A stretch of 63,996 nucleotides of DNA, counting the filler, from an uncultured bacterium (lineage in GTDB: Bacteria; Hinthialibacterota; Hinthialibacteria; Hinthialibacterales; Hinthialibacteraceae), in NCBI GenBank assembly GCA_964449065.1. It is 9 parts of 9 records of this genome, joined end to end, with 100 filler letters (N's around TTAATTAATTAA, not from the genome) between each part and the next. Parts side by side here need not be neighbours in the genome. Positions count along the whole stretch, not along the records: positions 1 to 7,535 come from CAYVAZ010000256.1; positions 7,636 to 15,126 come from CAYVAZ010000257.1; 7 more parts are not named here. One strand, given 5' to 3'. The notes beneath the pieces are model-generated. The model searched no databases and had not been told where the DNA came from. It saw only the letters and a program-made list of their open reading frames with translations. Shown here one piece after another: positions 1-9,654 of this stretch (the first letter of the stretch is position 1; each line of letters begins with the position of its first letter). A program made the translations under genes and the position numbers.

Positions 1-88
1 GCTACGCTTCGCTTTGAGCCCACCCTACCGTTTCATGATCCCGTATGGTTGCGTGAAAGATCACTCACTTTTTATATGCAAATTGGTA
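1..88. repeat. REP-like hairpin (GCTACGCTTCGCTTTGAGCCCACCCTAC) plus right end of a TACC...GGTA MITE
   Basis: Highly similar to 14882-14982; the hairpin recurs near 63740 and 63920, and degenerate near 16520. Confidence 0.8.
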
Positions 89-91
89 TTG

Positions 92-157
92 GAATAGTAG
101 GCTTATAAAAAAACCCGTTTATCAAGCAATCGTCAATCATTATTTGCGTAACATCAG
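92..157. mobile_element. Right end of the CT(C/G)ATGTTACGCA-ended MITE family
   Basis: Ends TTTGCGTAACATCAG; similar to 51163-51228 and 45168-45232, and (inverted) to 63431 onward. Confidence 0.7.
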
Positions 158-170
158 TACCATACGTTTA

Positions 171-359
171 TTATTCCCTCAACAACAACCCCCGCAGGTC
201 CTCCAGCATGGGCTTATCTTTCCCGTTCAGGCCGGTCACATCCGCCTGCTCAACCGTTGGCTTGTCTGCCTTATCCGGCTGGCGCTGTGCTGTTGAACAT
301 GAAGCGAGCAAAACCGCTGCCATCAAACAGATGATCATACCAAATGGTTTTTCCATCAT
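171..359 (-). CDS. Small putative lipoprotein
   Basis: Hydrophobic stretch followed by lipobox-like LLASC; co-oriented downstream of lon. Confidence 0.5.
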   Translation of the reverse strand: MMEKPFGMIICLMAAVLLASCSTAQRQPDKADKPTVEQADVTGLNGKDKPMLEDLRGLLLRE

Positions 360-420
360 GGATTCATTCACGTGTATTCACGCGCGTTCGCGGGTACAAA
401 TCCTACCCGCTTTCGGTGGA

Positions 421-2832
421 CTAATCCCGCTCTTTTTCCAGTGCCAACTCGATGACTTCATCCATGTTCGCGACAAAGTCGATCTTCACCTGCTTCTTCA
501 CGCCTTCGGGGATATCGGGCATGTCCTTTTCGTTTTGGTTGCACATAATAACATGGTAGATTTCCGCACGATGGGCGGCCAGCACCTTTTCTTTGATTCC
601 GCCGACCGGCAATACGTTGCCGCGCAAAGTGATTTCGCCTGACATGGCGATGCCCGGTTTCACCGGCCGTCCGGTCAGGGCGGATATAATCGCGGTGGTA
701 ATGGCAATTCCCGCGGAAGGCCCGTCTTTGGGGATCGCGCCTTCCGGCACGTGCAGGTGAATGTCAAAGCGCTGATGAAAATCCCGGCTCAGGTTAAGTT
801 TACGGCTGCGTGTGCGCGCAAAGGTTAACGCCGCCTTGGCCGATTCCTGCATCACTTCACCCAAATGCCCGGTCAATACCAACTGTCCTTTCCCAGGCAT
901 GACGGACACTTCGATGGCAAGAATTTCTCCACCGGTTGATGTTACCGCCAATCCGGTTGTGCAGCCAATGCCGTTTTCACGGCCATAGGGCGCGTCGCGG
1001 AACTTGGGAATACCCAGCAATTCGTTGACCAGATTTTTATTAATTGTTACGCTCTTTTTGCCGTTGGGGTTGGTAACAATACGGCGGGCAATTTTACGGC
1101 AGACGGATGCCAATTCCCTGTCCAAGTTTCTGACCCCGGCTTCGCGGGTATATTCGCGAATAATCTGACGCAGGCCGTCGTCATTAAACTTGGGTTTCCA
1201 TTTCGAGATGCCGTGTTCTTTGATCTGTTTGGGAACCAAATATCCCTTCGCGATTTGCACTTTCTCCTCTTCGGTATAACTGGGTATCTCAATAATCTCC
1301 ATGCGGTCGCGCAAGGCAGCGGGGACGGGATGAATCACATTTGCCGTCGAGATAAACATGATGTTGGATAAATCGAATTCCACTTCCAAATAATGATCAC
1401 TAAAGGTTTTGTTTTGTTCCGGATCCAGCACTTCCAGCAACGCGGCGGATGGATCGCCGCGAAAATCCATACTCATTTTATCGATTTCATCCAATAAAAA
1501 GACGGGGTTTTTGGTTTTGGCTTTTTTGAGCTGCTGAATAATGCGCCCCGGCATCGATCCGATATAGGTCCGCCGGTGTCCGCGGATTTCCGCCTCATCA
1601 CGCACACCGCCCAATGATAAGCGCACAAATTGTCTTCCCATGGATTTTGCGATGGATTTACCCAGCGAGGTTTTCCCCACACCGGGAGGACCGACAAAAC
1701 AGAGGATCGATCCTTTCAGATCTTTCTTGAGTTTGCGTACCGCCAAATATTCTAATATACGCTCTTTGGCTTTTTCGAGCCCGTAATGATCTTCGTTTAA
1801 GATGGTTTCCGCTTTCGCGACATCCAGTTGATCTTTGCTCATTACGGCCCATGGAAGATCGCACAGCCAATCCAAATAGTTGCGGATGACAGCAGCTTCC
1901 GGTGACAATGGCGGCATACTGTCGAGGCGCTCCAGTTCTTCTCTCGCTTTTTCCTCCGCCTCCTGGCTCATTTTCGCTTTTTTTATGCGGCTTTCGTATT
2001 TGCTGAATTCTTCCGTCCCGTCAGCCTCTTTCCCTAGTTCGCGCTGGATGGCTTTAATCTGCTCATGGAGGTAATACTCTTTCTGCGACTGCTCCATGTT
2101 TTTGCGTACTTCATTTTTAATGCTCAGTTCCATCTCCAAAATTTCAATTTCGCTATTGAGAATTCCCACCAACTGCTTCAGGCGTGTGCGCGAACTCACG
2201 CTGGATAACAGCCGCTGCTTATCGGTGATTTTTACGGAGAGATGCGCGGCAATGCTGTCCGCCAAACGGCTGGGGTCTTCCAAATTCATGATGGACAGCA
2301 GTGTCTCTTGCGGGACCTTGCGGTTGAGTTTGACGTAGGTTTCAAACAACTCGCCCACATGACGAATGAGCGCTTTGGTTTCGGTATCGTGTTCAATCCG
2401 TTCCGCGAGAGGATCGGTTTCGACAACAAAAAAGGGTTCCACAGCAATGTACCGGTTAATCTTCACCCGGCTGGTACCTTCTACCAGCACTTTAATGGAT
2501 CCGTCCGGCAGTTTCAGCATCTGCAAGATGTTGATCAATGTACCGACGGAATAGAGGTCTTTCTCTTCGGGCTCTTCCACTTCCATTTTCTTTTGCGCCA
2601 CCAACACAATGCGCTTTTCACCCTGCATTCCGGCTTCGAGCGCGGCCACCGATTTGGGACGCCCCACAAACAAAGGGATGATCATACCGGGGAATATAAC
2701 GACATCGCGTAGAGGCAAAAGAGGGTATTCGCTGTCGGATGGAACCAAGTCATCCAGTTCCTCAAAGTCATCCAAAGTGGCAGGAATGATATCCTTCACC
2801 GCTGTTGTGTTTTCCGATTTTTCTTTAGGCAT
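421..2832 (-). CDS. lon: ATP-dependent Lon protease (endopeptidase La)
   Basis: LON N domain ([12 protein letters not shown]), Walker [15 protein letters not shown], catalytic PKDGPSAG. Confidence 0.98.
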   Translation of the reverse strand: MPKEKSENTTAVKDIIPATLDDFEELDDLVPSDSEYPLLPLRDVVIFPGMIIPLFVGRPKSVAALEAGMQGEKRIVLVAQKKMEVEEPEEKDLYSVGTLINILQMLKLPDGSIKVLVEGTSRVKINRYIAVEPFFVVETDPLAERIEHDTETKALIRHVGELFETYVKLNRKVPQETLLSIMNLEDPSRLADSIAAHLSVKITDKQRLLSSVSSRTRLKQLVGILNSEIEILEMELSIKNEVRKNMEQSQKEYYLHEQIKAIQRELGKEADGTEEFSKYESRIKKAKMSQEAEEKAREELERLDSMPPLSPEAAVIRNYLDWLCDLPWAVMSKDQLDVAKAETILNEDHYGLEKAKERILEYLAVRKLKKDLKGSILCFVGPPGVGKTSLGKSIAKSMGRQFVRLSLGGVRDEAEIRGHRRTYIGSMPGRIIQQLKKAKTKNPVFLLDEIDKMSMDFRGDPSAALLEVLDPEQNKTFSDHYLEVEFDLSNIMFISTANVIHPVPAALRDRMEIIEIPSYTEEEKVQIAKGYLVPKQIKEHGISKWKPKFNDDGLRQIIREYTREAGVRNLDRELASVCRKIARRIVTNPNGKKSVTINKNLVNELLGIPKFRDAPYGRENGIGCTTGLAVTSTGGEILAIEVSVMPGKGQLVLTGHLGEVMQESAKAALTFARTRSRKLNLSRDFHQRFDIHLHVPEGAIPKDGPSAGIAITTAIISALTGRPVKPGIAMSGEITLRGNVLPVGGIKEKVLAAHRAEIYHVIMCNQNEKDMPDIPEGVKKQVKIDFVANMDEVIELALEKERD

Positions 2833-3069
2833 GATATTCTATATTGAACTGGAAACAAACCAGATCAATCCTTCTCCTTCATGTGTTAAAAACTCAAATT
2901 CACCATTATTTAAATACAGCAAATCCTTATAGGTTATACCGCAATTTCTTTTTTATGCACGTGATGCCGCGTCAACTTTATACGGATTTCTTGGGATACT
3001 TCAAAGGATAATACGGAACGATTCATTCGGCATTATTCAAAAGCAAACAATAGGAAAAACGGTTGTGCT

Positions 3070-4155
3070 TCACGTTTCTTGAGACACGGTACCACCGGGT
3101 TCTTGTGTTACGTTTGAAGCGGTTGTATTTGAAGCGGTTGTATCTGTTTTTCCGCTCGTGTTTTCTGGGTTGGAAACAGATACCACATCGATCTCCGGTA
3201 CCGGGGCCTCATAAAACACACCGATTTGGCGGAAGCGTTCGTAGCGGTCTTCCCGAATTTGGATTGCGTCCATATCGTCATAGTCCATTATATGGCGTAG
3301 GATTGCTTCCCGAATGCTTTCCGCGGTTTCTTCTACGTGGCGGTGCGCTCCGCCCAGCGGCTCGGGGATGATTTCATCCACCACACCCAATTGCTTTAAA
3401 TCGGGGGCCACGATTTTCATCTGGCCCGCAATGTTGGATGCTTGGGTGCTGTCTTTCAAAATGATGCTGGCGCAGGCTTCCGGGGTGCAAACCGCATAGT
3501 AGGCGTTTTCCAAGATTAACACCCGGTTCCCAACGCCGATGGCCAATGCCCCCCCGCTGCCGCCTTCACCGGTCACCACGCAAATAACCGGCACGGTTAG
3601 TTGAGACATGATCTCTATGCTTTTGGCGATGGCTTCGTGTTGGCCGCGTTCTTCCGCGCCAATGCCCGGAAACGCGCCGGGAGAATCGATAAAGGTGATT
3701 AACGGAATGCCAAACCGGTCAGCCATCTCAGCAATCCGCTGCGCTTTACGGAACCCTTCCGGATGCGCCATGCCGAAGTTGCGGCGAATGTTCTCTTCCG
3801 TATCCCGGCCTTTTTGATGGCCGATAAAGGCGGCCGAGCGTCCACCGATGGATCCCAGTCCGCTTACGATGGCTTCATCATCGCGAAAGCCACGGTCGCC
3901 GTGCAGTTCGATAAAGTCATCGACGATGTGCTGGATGTAGTCCAAACAGTAGGGCCGGTTCGGGTGGCGCGCCAACTGTACCCGCTGCCAAGGCGTGAGT
4001 TGCGAGAAAATCTGCTCCAGGTTTTGCCGCAGTTTTTCTTTCAACGGCTCGATTTCATTGGTTAAATCAATTTCCCGTGAATCGGCGTATGCTTGCAGTT
4101 CTTCGATCTTGCTTTCGATTTCGCGTAACGGTTTTTCAAACGGAAGGTATCTCAT
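3070..4155 (-). CDS. accA: Acetyl-CoA carboxylase carboxyltransferase alpha subunit, with low-complexity C-terminal tail
   Basis: YLPFEKP start, ARHPNRP, GEGGSGGALA, PEPLGGAHR; start set at ATG 4155. Confidence 0.96.
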   Translation of the reverse strand: MRYLPFEKPLREIESKIEELQAYADSREIDLTNEIEPLKEKLRQNLEQIFSQLTPWQRVQLARHPNRPYCLDYIQHIVDDFIELHGDRGFRDDEAIVSGLGSIGGRSAAFIGHQKGRDTEENIRRNFGMAHPEGFRKAQRIAEMADRFGIPLITFIDSPGAFPGIGAEERGQHEAIAKSIEIMSQLTVPVICVVTGEGGSGGALAIGVGNRVLILENAYYAVCTPEACASIILKDSTQASNIAGQMKIVAPDLKQLGVVDEIIPEPLGGAHRHVEETAESIREAILRHIMDYDDMDAIQIREDRYERFRQIGVFYEAPVPEIDVVSVSNPENTSGKTDTTASNTTASNVTQEPGGTVSQET

Positions 4156-4275
4156 GTTGATCTCACTACATGTAACAATCGGTTCATTCTTCCTAACATA
4201 AAATAAAAGTATAGTGTACCCTTTGTTTACGGTATCACAATACAAAGCCGCCCGCAACGCAAAAGCGCTCTTATC

Positions 4276-5208
4276 ATGAAACGATTGGTACTTTTCATCA
4301 TAACCATAACCATTTTTCTGGTTTTATTGTCGATGATCGATTTGCAGGATGCTGCCGCAGCGGCCGCGAAAGCCAATCTGTGGTTGTTGGCGTTTGCCGC
4401 GTTTATTTCTCTGATCTTTCCGGTCTTGTGCGCTTGGCGGTGGTATGTGCTTTGCCGTCTGCTGAATACACCGCTGGGGTTCTGGGAAAGCGTGAAAATT
4501 ATCATGGCCGCATGGCCGTTGGGGGCGGTTACCCCAGCAAAATCGGGCGATTTGATTAAGGTGATATATTTGCAAAACCGCTTTCCTATCTCATTAACCG
4601 GCGGAATCGTGTTGGCGGAACGGGTGGTGGATGTATTTGTTTTGGGAATTTTTGCTCTAGTATTCGGCTGGTGGATGAATGTCGAGGCTGGTATTTACAC
4701 AGGGATATTGGTGATTATGGGCATCCTCTGCTTTTTTCTGACCGTTTATTCACCCTGGATCGATCTGATTCCCGCCGCTTTTCGGGATAAGGCGCGTAAC
4801 GTAGCTATGGCCAGCCGGTTGATGTCCTCGCATCCCATCGCCTTATTGTGGATATTGTTGATCACAGGAATAAACTGGTTTTTAAGCGTCTATCAAACAT
4901 GGATCTGTTACCTTGCATTAAACACGGAGGTACCGTTTCTCTTAGTTGCGGCAGCGATACCGGTTGCTATATTTGTGGGTTTGCTTCCCATAACGCCCGC
5001 TGGGATGGGGACAAGAGAAGCGGCGATTATGATGTTATTCGCGGATTATGCATCCAACGAAGTGAACCTGTCAGTCGGCATTCTCTATTCGATTTATGGA
5101 TATTGGTTTTTGTCTCTCTTGGGAATTCCCTTCATGCGTTCTGCCTTAAGCGGTTCGTTTGAACATATATCCCGCCAAAAGTTGGTGAATAAAATATACA
5201 ATAAGTGA
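4276..5208 (+). CDS. Lysylphosphatidylglycerol synthase TM / flippase-like (UPF0104) membrane protein
   Basis: Multi-TM; motifs WRW, TPAKSGD, ERVVD, PITPAGMGTRE. Confidence 0.85.
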   Translation: MKRLVLFIITITIFLVLLSMIDLQDAAAAAAKANLWLLAFAAFISLIFPVLCAWRWYVLCRLLNTPLGFWESVKIIMAAWPLGAVTPAKSGDLIKVIYLQNRFPISLTGGIVLAERVVDVFVLGIFALVFGWWMNVEAGIYTGILVIMGILCFFLTVYSPWIDLIPAAFRDKARNVAMASRLMSSHPIALLWILLITGINWFLSVYQTWICYLALNTEVPFLLVAAAIPVAIFVGLLPITPAGMGTREAAIMMLFADYASNEVNLSVGILYSIYGYWFLSLLGIPFMRSALSGSFEHISRQKLVNKIYNK

Positions 5209-5378
5209 TGTGGCGCAAACGATAATTGGCTAATGATTTAGAGCGTTTCAGGATTGAATGGCGGGCATATCATAAGAAATTGCGTAACATTCGTTACTAA
5301 ACAGTAGTTTTATACAATCGTTCCGTTGAAATTAAAAAAAACCAGCGGATTATAAGATGACGTTTTCACGGAATCTTA

Positions 5379-5528
5379 TACCGTTTGCAATTTGGATGTC
5401 CGAGAAAACAACATTAGCAGGCGGGACACCTGCTCTACAATACAGTTTAGAAATCGTTGTGGTGCAGGCATCCTTGCCTGCACACATATTGGCTTTTTTT
5501 TACTTGGTTTTTCTATTTGCAATCGGTA
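5379..5528. mobile_element. 150-bp MITE (TACC...GGTA ends) carrying two REP-like hairpins
   Basis: TIR TACCGTTTGCAA / TTGCAATCGGTA (11/12 match); flanks TTA / TTG; internal palindromes. Confidence 0.7.
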
Positions 5529-5577
5529 TTGTTTTGAGAACGTTTCGTTTACAGCCTATTTTAATTTGGAGGAGAGT

Positions 5578-7191
5578 ATGAAACAGCACGGCCGGAACCA
5601 AAGTTCGTATGGCGTAGAAAATCAAGGCATTCAAGAAGCAAAGAATGTATACTGGAACTTGCCTTCATCCAAGCTGATTGAAATTGCTATAAAAAACGGC
5701 CAGGGTAAATTAACGGTTAACGGCGCGTTGGTGGTCTCAACGGGTACATACACCGGCCGCTCTCCGAAAGATAAATACTTTGTAGAAGAACCCAGTTCGA
5801 AAGACAATATCTGGTGGGGGAAGGTAAATGTTCCGATTGGTGAGGAGGTCTTCGATGCCCTGCATAAAGAAGTAACCGGCTATTTGGCGGATAAAGATAT
5901 CTATGTTTTGGATACCTTGTGCGGTGCTGATCCCGAGCACAGATTGCCGATTCGGATTGTGAACGAAATGGCGTGGCAGAACTTGTTTTGCCGGCAAATG
6001 TTTATTCCCCCGATAGCGAAAGACCAAGCCAAGCATGTCCCGGAATTTACCGTGATCAGCGTACCCGGTTTTCACGCGGACGCCAAAAAGCATGAGATCA
6101 ACAGCAATACGTTTATTCTTGTGAACTTGGCAAAGAAAATGGTACTCATCGGCGGGACGGAATATGCGGGTGAAATCAAAAAGGCAATCTTTACCATCAT
6201 GAATTATTTGATGCCTCTCAAAGGCGTTATGTCGATGCATTGTTCCGCCAATGTGGGAAATCAAAATGATCCGGCGTTGTTCTTCGGCTTGTCCGGTACC
6301 GGAAAGACCACGCTATCCGCCGATCATGAACGCGGCCTTATCGGGGATGACGAACACGGGTGGACGGACAGAGGAATATTCAATTACGAAGGCGGATGCT
6401 ATGCCAAAGTCATCAAGCTAAATAAAAGTTTTGAACCGGAAATTTATAACGCGATCCGGTATGGGTGTATCTTGGAAAATGTCGTGATGGATGAAGACAC
6501 CCGCGTCGTGGATTATGAAGATGGGACCCTAACCCAAAACACCCGCGCGGCCTATCCGTTGCGGAATATTGATCATTCCGTAATACCGAGTTTGGCGGGA
6601 CATCCACACCATGTAATTTTTTTAACGTGCGACGCCTTTGGGGTACTGCCTCCGGTTTCCCGCTTAACACCGGAGCAGGCGAGCTATCATTTCATTTCAG
6701 GCTATACCGCCAAGGTTGCCGGCACCGAGCGGGGCATGGGAACCGAACCGCAGGCAACATTCAGCGCCTGCTTTGGAGAGCCGTTCATGCCGCTTCATCC
6801 GAACGTGTATGCCCAACTGCTAGCGGATAAGATCAAAACGCATGACGCGGCGGTTTGGCTGGTCAATACAGGATGGAGCGAGGGGCCGTATGGTATCGGC
6901 CACCGGATGCGGATCGATCATACCCGCGCCATCATCCATGCCATTTTGCAGCATGATTTGGATTCGATTGAATATGAAACCCATCCATTGTTTGAGTTTC
7001 AAATGCCCAAAACATGCCCCGGCGTGCCGAATGAAATTTTGAATCCCCGCAATACCTGGGATAACAAAGACGCTTATGATGAAAAAGCAACTCATTTGGC
7101 AAAGTTGTTCATAGAAAATTTTAGCCAATTTAAAGAAGAAACAGGCGAAGAGATTGTTCAAGCCGGGCCTAAAATTCCGGAAAAAGTCTAA
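5578..7191 (+). CDS. pckA: Phosphoenolpyruvate carboxykinase (ATP)
   Basis: TGRSPKDK, FFGLSGTGKTTLS, IGDDEHGW, EGGCYAK; GGAG RBS before ATG 5578. Confidence 0.98.
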   Translation: MKQHGRNQSSYGVENQGIQEAKNVYWNLPSSKLIEIAIKNGQGKLTVNGALVVSTGTYTGRSPKDKYFVEEPSSKDNIWWGKVNVPIGEEVFDALHKEVTGYLADKDIYVLDTLCGADPEHRLPIRIVNEMAWQNLFCRQMFIPPIAKDQAKHVPEFTVISVPGFHADAKKHEINSNTFILVNLAKKMVLIGGTEYAGEIKKAIFTIMNYLMPLKGVMSMHCSANVGNQNDPALFFGLSGTGKTTLSADHERGLIGDDEHGWTDRGIFNYEGGCYAKVIKLNKSFEPEIYNAIRYGCILENVVMDEDTRVVDYEDGTLTQNTRAAYPLRNIDHSVIPSLAGHPHHVIFLTCDAFGVLPPVSRLTPEQASYHFISGYTAKVAGTERGMGTEPQATFSACFGEPFMPLHPNVYAQLLADKIKTHDAAVWLVNTGWSEGPYGIGHRMRIDHTRAIIHAILQHDLDSIEYETHPLFEFQMPKTCPGVPNEILNPRNTWDNKDAYDEKATHLAKLFIENFSQFKEETGEEIVQAGPKIPEKV

Positions 7192-7480
7192 TGCGTTTTT
7201 ATCCCGATGGGGTAATGAACCTAAAAACAGTGATTGGTGACAAGCACCGAACCCTCAGATAAAGCGTTGAGGGATATAGCGAAAGACTAACACCATCTGG
7301 CTGGTAATGCTGATTTCCAACTTGATTATGCCATTTCTAATTTGGATTGTTCACTAAAATCAAATCGGCTAACCATGATTCCTTCATTTGAATGCCCAGG
7401 GAAATACCTCGAATCAACCCTCCCATAACCCTTCCCAGTCTTGGGAGGGGAAAACTTTCTTCAAACGGCTGACTTATTAC

Positions 7481-7535
7481 CTCATGTTACGCATTCGTTA
7501 CGACATGCTCGTTATCTGAATCGTTCGCTGAATCT
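7481..7535. mobile_element. Left end of the 275-bp MITE, truncated by contig end
   Basis: Nearly identical to 50954-51008. Confidence 0.8.
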
Positions 7536-7635
7536 NNNNNNNNNNNNNNNNNNNNNNNNNNNNNNNNNNNNNNNNNNNNTTAATTAATTAANNNNNNNNN
7601 NNNNNNNNNNNNNNNNNNNNNNNNNNNNNNNNNNN
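7536..7635. other. Artificial contig linker (also 15127-15226, 22697-22796, 30226-30325, 37652-37751, 45068-45167, 52479-52578, 59763-59862)
   Basis: 44 N + TTAATTAATTAA (stops in all frames) + 44 N, identical eight times. Confidence 0.99.
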
Positions 7636-8393
7636 TGCGCTACAACCAAGTAACCTTCCGGCGTAAGGTGGATCGGATCGGCAAAGGTTCCATTGGGGCT
7701 GGAGCGGGTTGGATCGCCTCCGGCCAGCGGATCATGATCCGGCGGGGTTCCCGGGGCAGGCAGTTCGCCCGGTTCCGCCCTGCCCAGAATGCCGAATGTG
7801 TGCTGCATCAGCCCTAGGTTTGAAAGATAGAACATTCTATCCGTCTCTTGCGCAACGGTTAACCGCAGCCGGGCAGCCGCGATTTGAATCTCGTTAAGCG
7901 TTGAGGTATTGATCAGACCAAATCCCAACAATTGCAAGTAATCATACTCCACCAGCACCAAGCGCAGGTTCGGTTTTTGGGACAAAATAAACTCGGCAAC
8001 GGCGCGGGTGTTTTCGGCAAAAGCCGGAAGTTGCGAGCGGACAAAATCGAGGCTGATGTTTTCCAGCAAAGCAAAGAGCATATCGTTGCCGCCGATGAAC
8101 AGGACGACCGTATCAATGGTGGGATAACGCTCTAATTCAGAAACAATCATATCTTGCTTTTCCTGTTGGGCAGCCCATTCTTGCGCGGTAGAACCGCCGA
8201 TGCCTGTCCGTTCGCCTTTGACTTCGAATTCCGATAATCCGGCATCTTCCAGCGCGGTTTGGATGGAACGGAAGTCCCACACCAATCCGGCCCAGCTGTC
8301 GCCAACGATTAAGATCCGTGGATCGGTAAATCCAAGAGTAGAAACACAAAACATGCAGATTCCGAAAACGGATACTCTCAAAGTTTTTATCAT
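7636..8393 (-). CDS. Secreted SGNH/GDSL hydrolase, 3' truncated
   Basis: Signal peptide; block I GDSW, block III GGND, block V DPIHL. Confidence 0.85.
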
Positions 8394-8514
8394 TGCGATC
8401 TCCACATTCAAACCATCTTGAACAATCAACGCAAAGGCGGGTGAGGCTTGCCTCTGCTGACCGGTTTATTATAGTGTCTTCAATTATCAATTTTTGCCCA
8501 GCCCCGGAGAGATC

Positions 8515-9552
8515 ATGACCGATATTCATCATCCCCATGACCTTTTTTTTAGTACGATTTTCGAACGCATGGATATTGCAGAGGATATCCTCATCAGCAA
8601 TATTCCCCAACTTGCAGAATTGATTGAACCGGGAACGATGGAACATGTCAGCGATCAATTTGTCAACGCGAAGTTAATACGCTATGTCTCTGACCTGTTG
8701 CTGAAAGCCAAATTGAAAAACGGGAAAGAGGCTTACATCTATCTGTTATTGGAGCACAAGAGTTACCATGATCCCCGCGTTGCGCTTGCGCTTTTGAGAT
8801 ACATGATTGAAATTTGGTGGAATGAACAAACCAAGCCGCTGCCGTTTGTCTTTCCGGTCGTCATCTATCACGGCAGCCGCAGTTGGAACTCCGACACGAA
8901 TTTCTCCTCTCTGATTCAAATACCTGCGGGGATGGACGAGTACACTCCGCATTTTGAATATTACCTGCTGGATTTATCGCAATACAGCGATGAGGAGATC
9001 AAAGGTTCGATTTACTCACGAACGACGTTGTTGTTATTCAAGCATATTTTTGCCAATGATTTCGGAGATCGGTTTCTTCAAATCTGTACATTACTGGCCG
9101 AATTGCACGAACAAAAATCCGCTTTGGAATACATGAAAAGTGTATTAGAATATATCGGAAACGCGACGGATAAAATTTCTTCCAAGCAAATAGCCGAAGG
9201 GGTTAAGATAGCCTTACCGCTAAAAGGAGAAAAACTGATGCCTACTGTATTTGAAAAACTTAGAGAAGAAGGCCGGCAAGAAGGCCGGCATGAGGGCTGG
9301 CAAGAAGGCCGGCAAGAGGGCCAGCAAGAAGGCATGGAACAGGGCCGGGATATCGGTCTGCTGGAAGGGCTGCGTCAGGGGATTCAGTTGGCATTGGAAC
9401 TGAAATTCGAAGCAAAGGGCGAAAATTTATACCGGAGAATCCAAGACGTAAAGTCATTGCCTGTTCTCCATGTTATTGAAGACGGGTTACGCAAGAATGC
9501 CTCTTTGGCGGATTTGGAACGGATTCTGAACGAATCTGCCACCAAGAAATAA
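8515..9552 (+). CDS. Rpn/YhgA-like PD-(D/E)XK nuclease (recombination-promoting nuclease family)
   Basis: HPHDLFF, SDLL, YLLLEHKS, PVVIYHG, C-terminal EG(R/W/Q)xEG repeats. Confidence 0.93.
   Translation: MTDIHHPHDLFFSTIFERMDIAEDILISNIPQLAELIEPGTMEHVSDQFVNAKLIRYVSDLLLKAKLKNGKEAYIYLLLEHKSYHDPRVALALLRYMIEIWWNEQTKPLPFVFPVVIYHGSRSWNSDTNFSSLIQIPAGMDEYTPHFEYYLLDLSQYSDEEIKGSIYSRTTLLLFKHIFANDFGDRFLQICTLLAELHEQKSALEYMKSVLEYIGNATDKISSKQIAEGVKIALPLKGEKLMPTVFEKLREEGRQEGRHEGWQEGRQEGQQEGMEQGRDIGLLEGLRQGIQLALELKFEAKGENLYRRIQDVKSLPVLHVIEDGLRKNASLADLERILNESATKK
9238..9552 (+). CDS. Putative intragenic small protein (RpnS-like antitoxin), in frame with Rpn
   Basis: Strong SD AAAGGAG at 9223-9229 before in-frame ATG (MPTVFEKLREEG). 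Confidence 0.65.
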   Translation: MPTVFEKLREEGRQEGRHEGWQEGRQEGQQEGMEQGRDIGLLEGLRQGIQLALELKFEAKGENLYRRIQDVKSLPVLHVIEDGLRKNASLADLERILNESATKK

Positions 9553-9654
9553 CAGACGTTTCTAAATTTAGGTATCAGTGAATGAACGAGAATATGTTTT
9601 ACTCGTCCATATACGCTCCGCTTTAGGCCCCGCGGAAGAGTTGCCTTTTGAATT

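Noticed and set aside
3113..3143. 15-bp tandem repeat in the accA tail
   Set aside because: Encodes TTASN twice in a low-complexity tail; simple slippage
5392..5577. 62-aa N-terminal extension of PckA in the ORF track
   Set aside because: Reads through a MITE; the RBS supports ATG 5578
7536..7635. TTAATTAATTAA within N runs recurring every ~7.4 kb
   Set aside because: Artificial contig linker; ORFs running into it are truncated and cross-linker neighbourhoods are not real
9263..9345. 12-bp repeats (GAAGGCCGGCAA) as a possible array or DGR target
   Set aside because: They encode the normal EGRQ repeats of Rpn proteins
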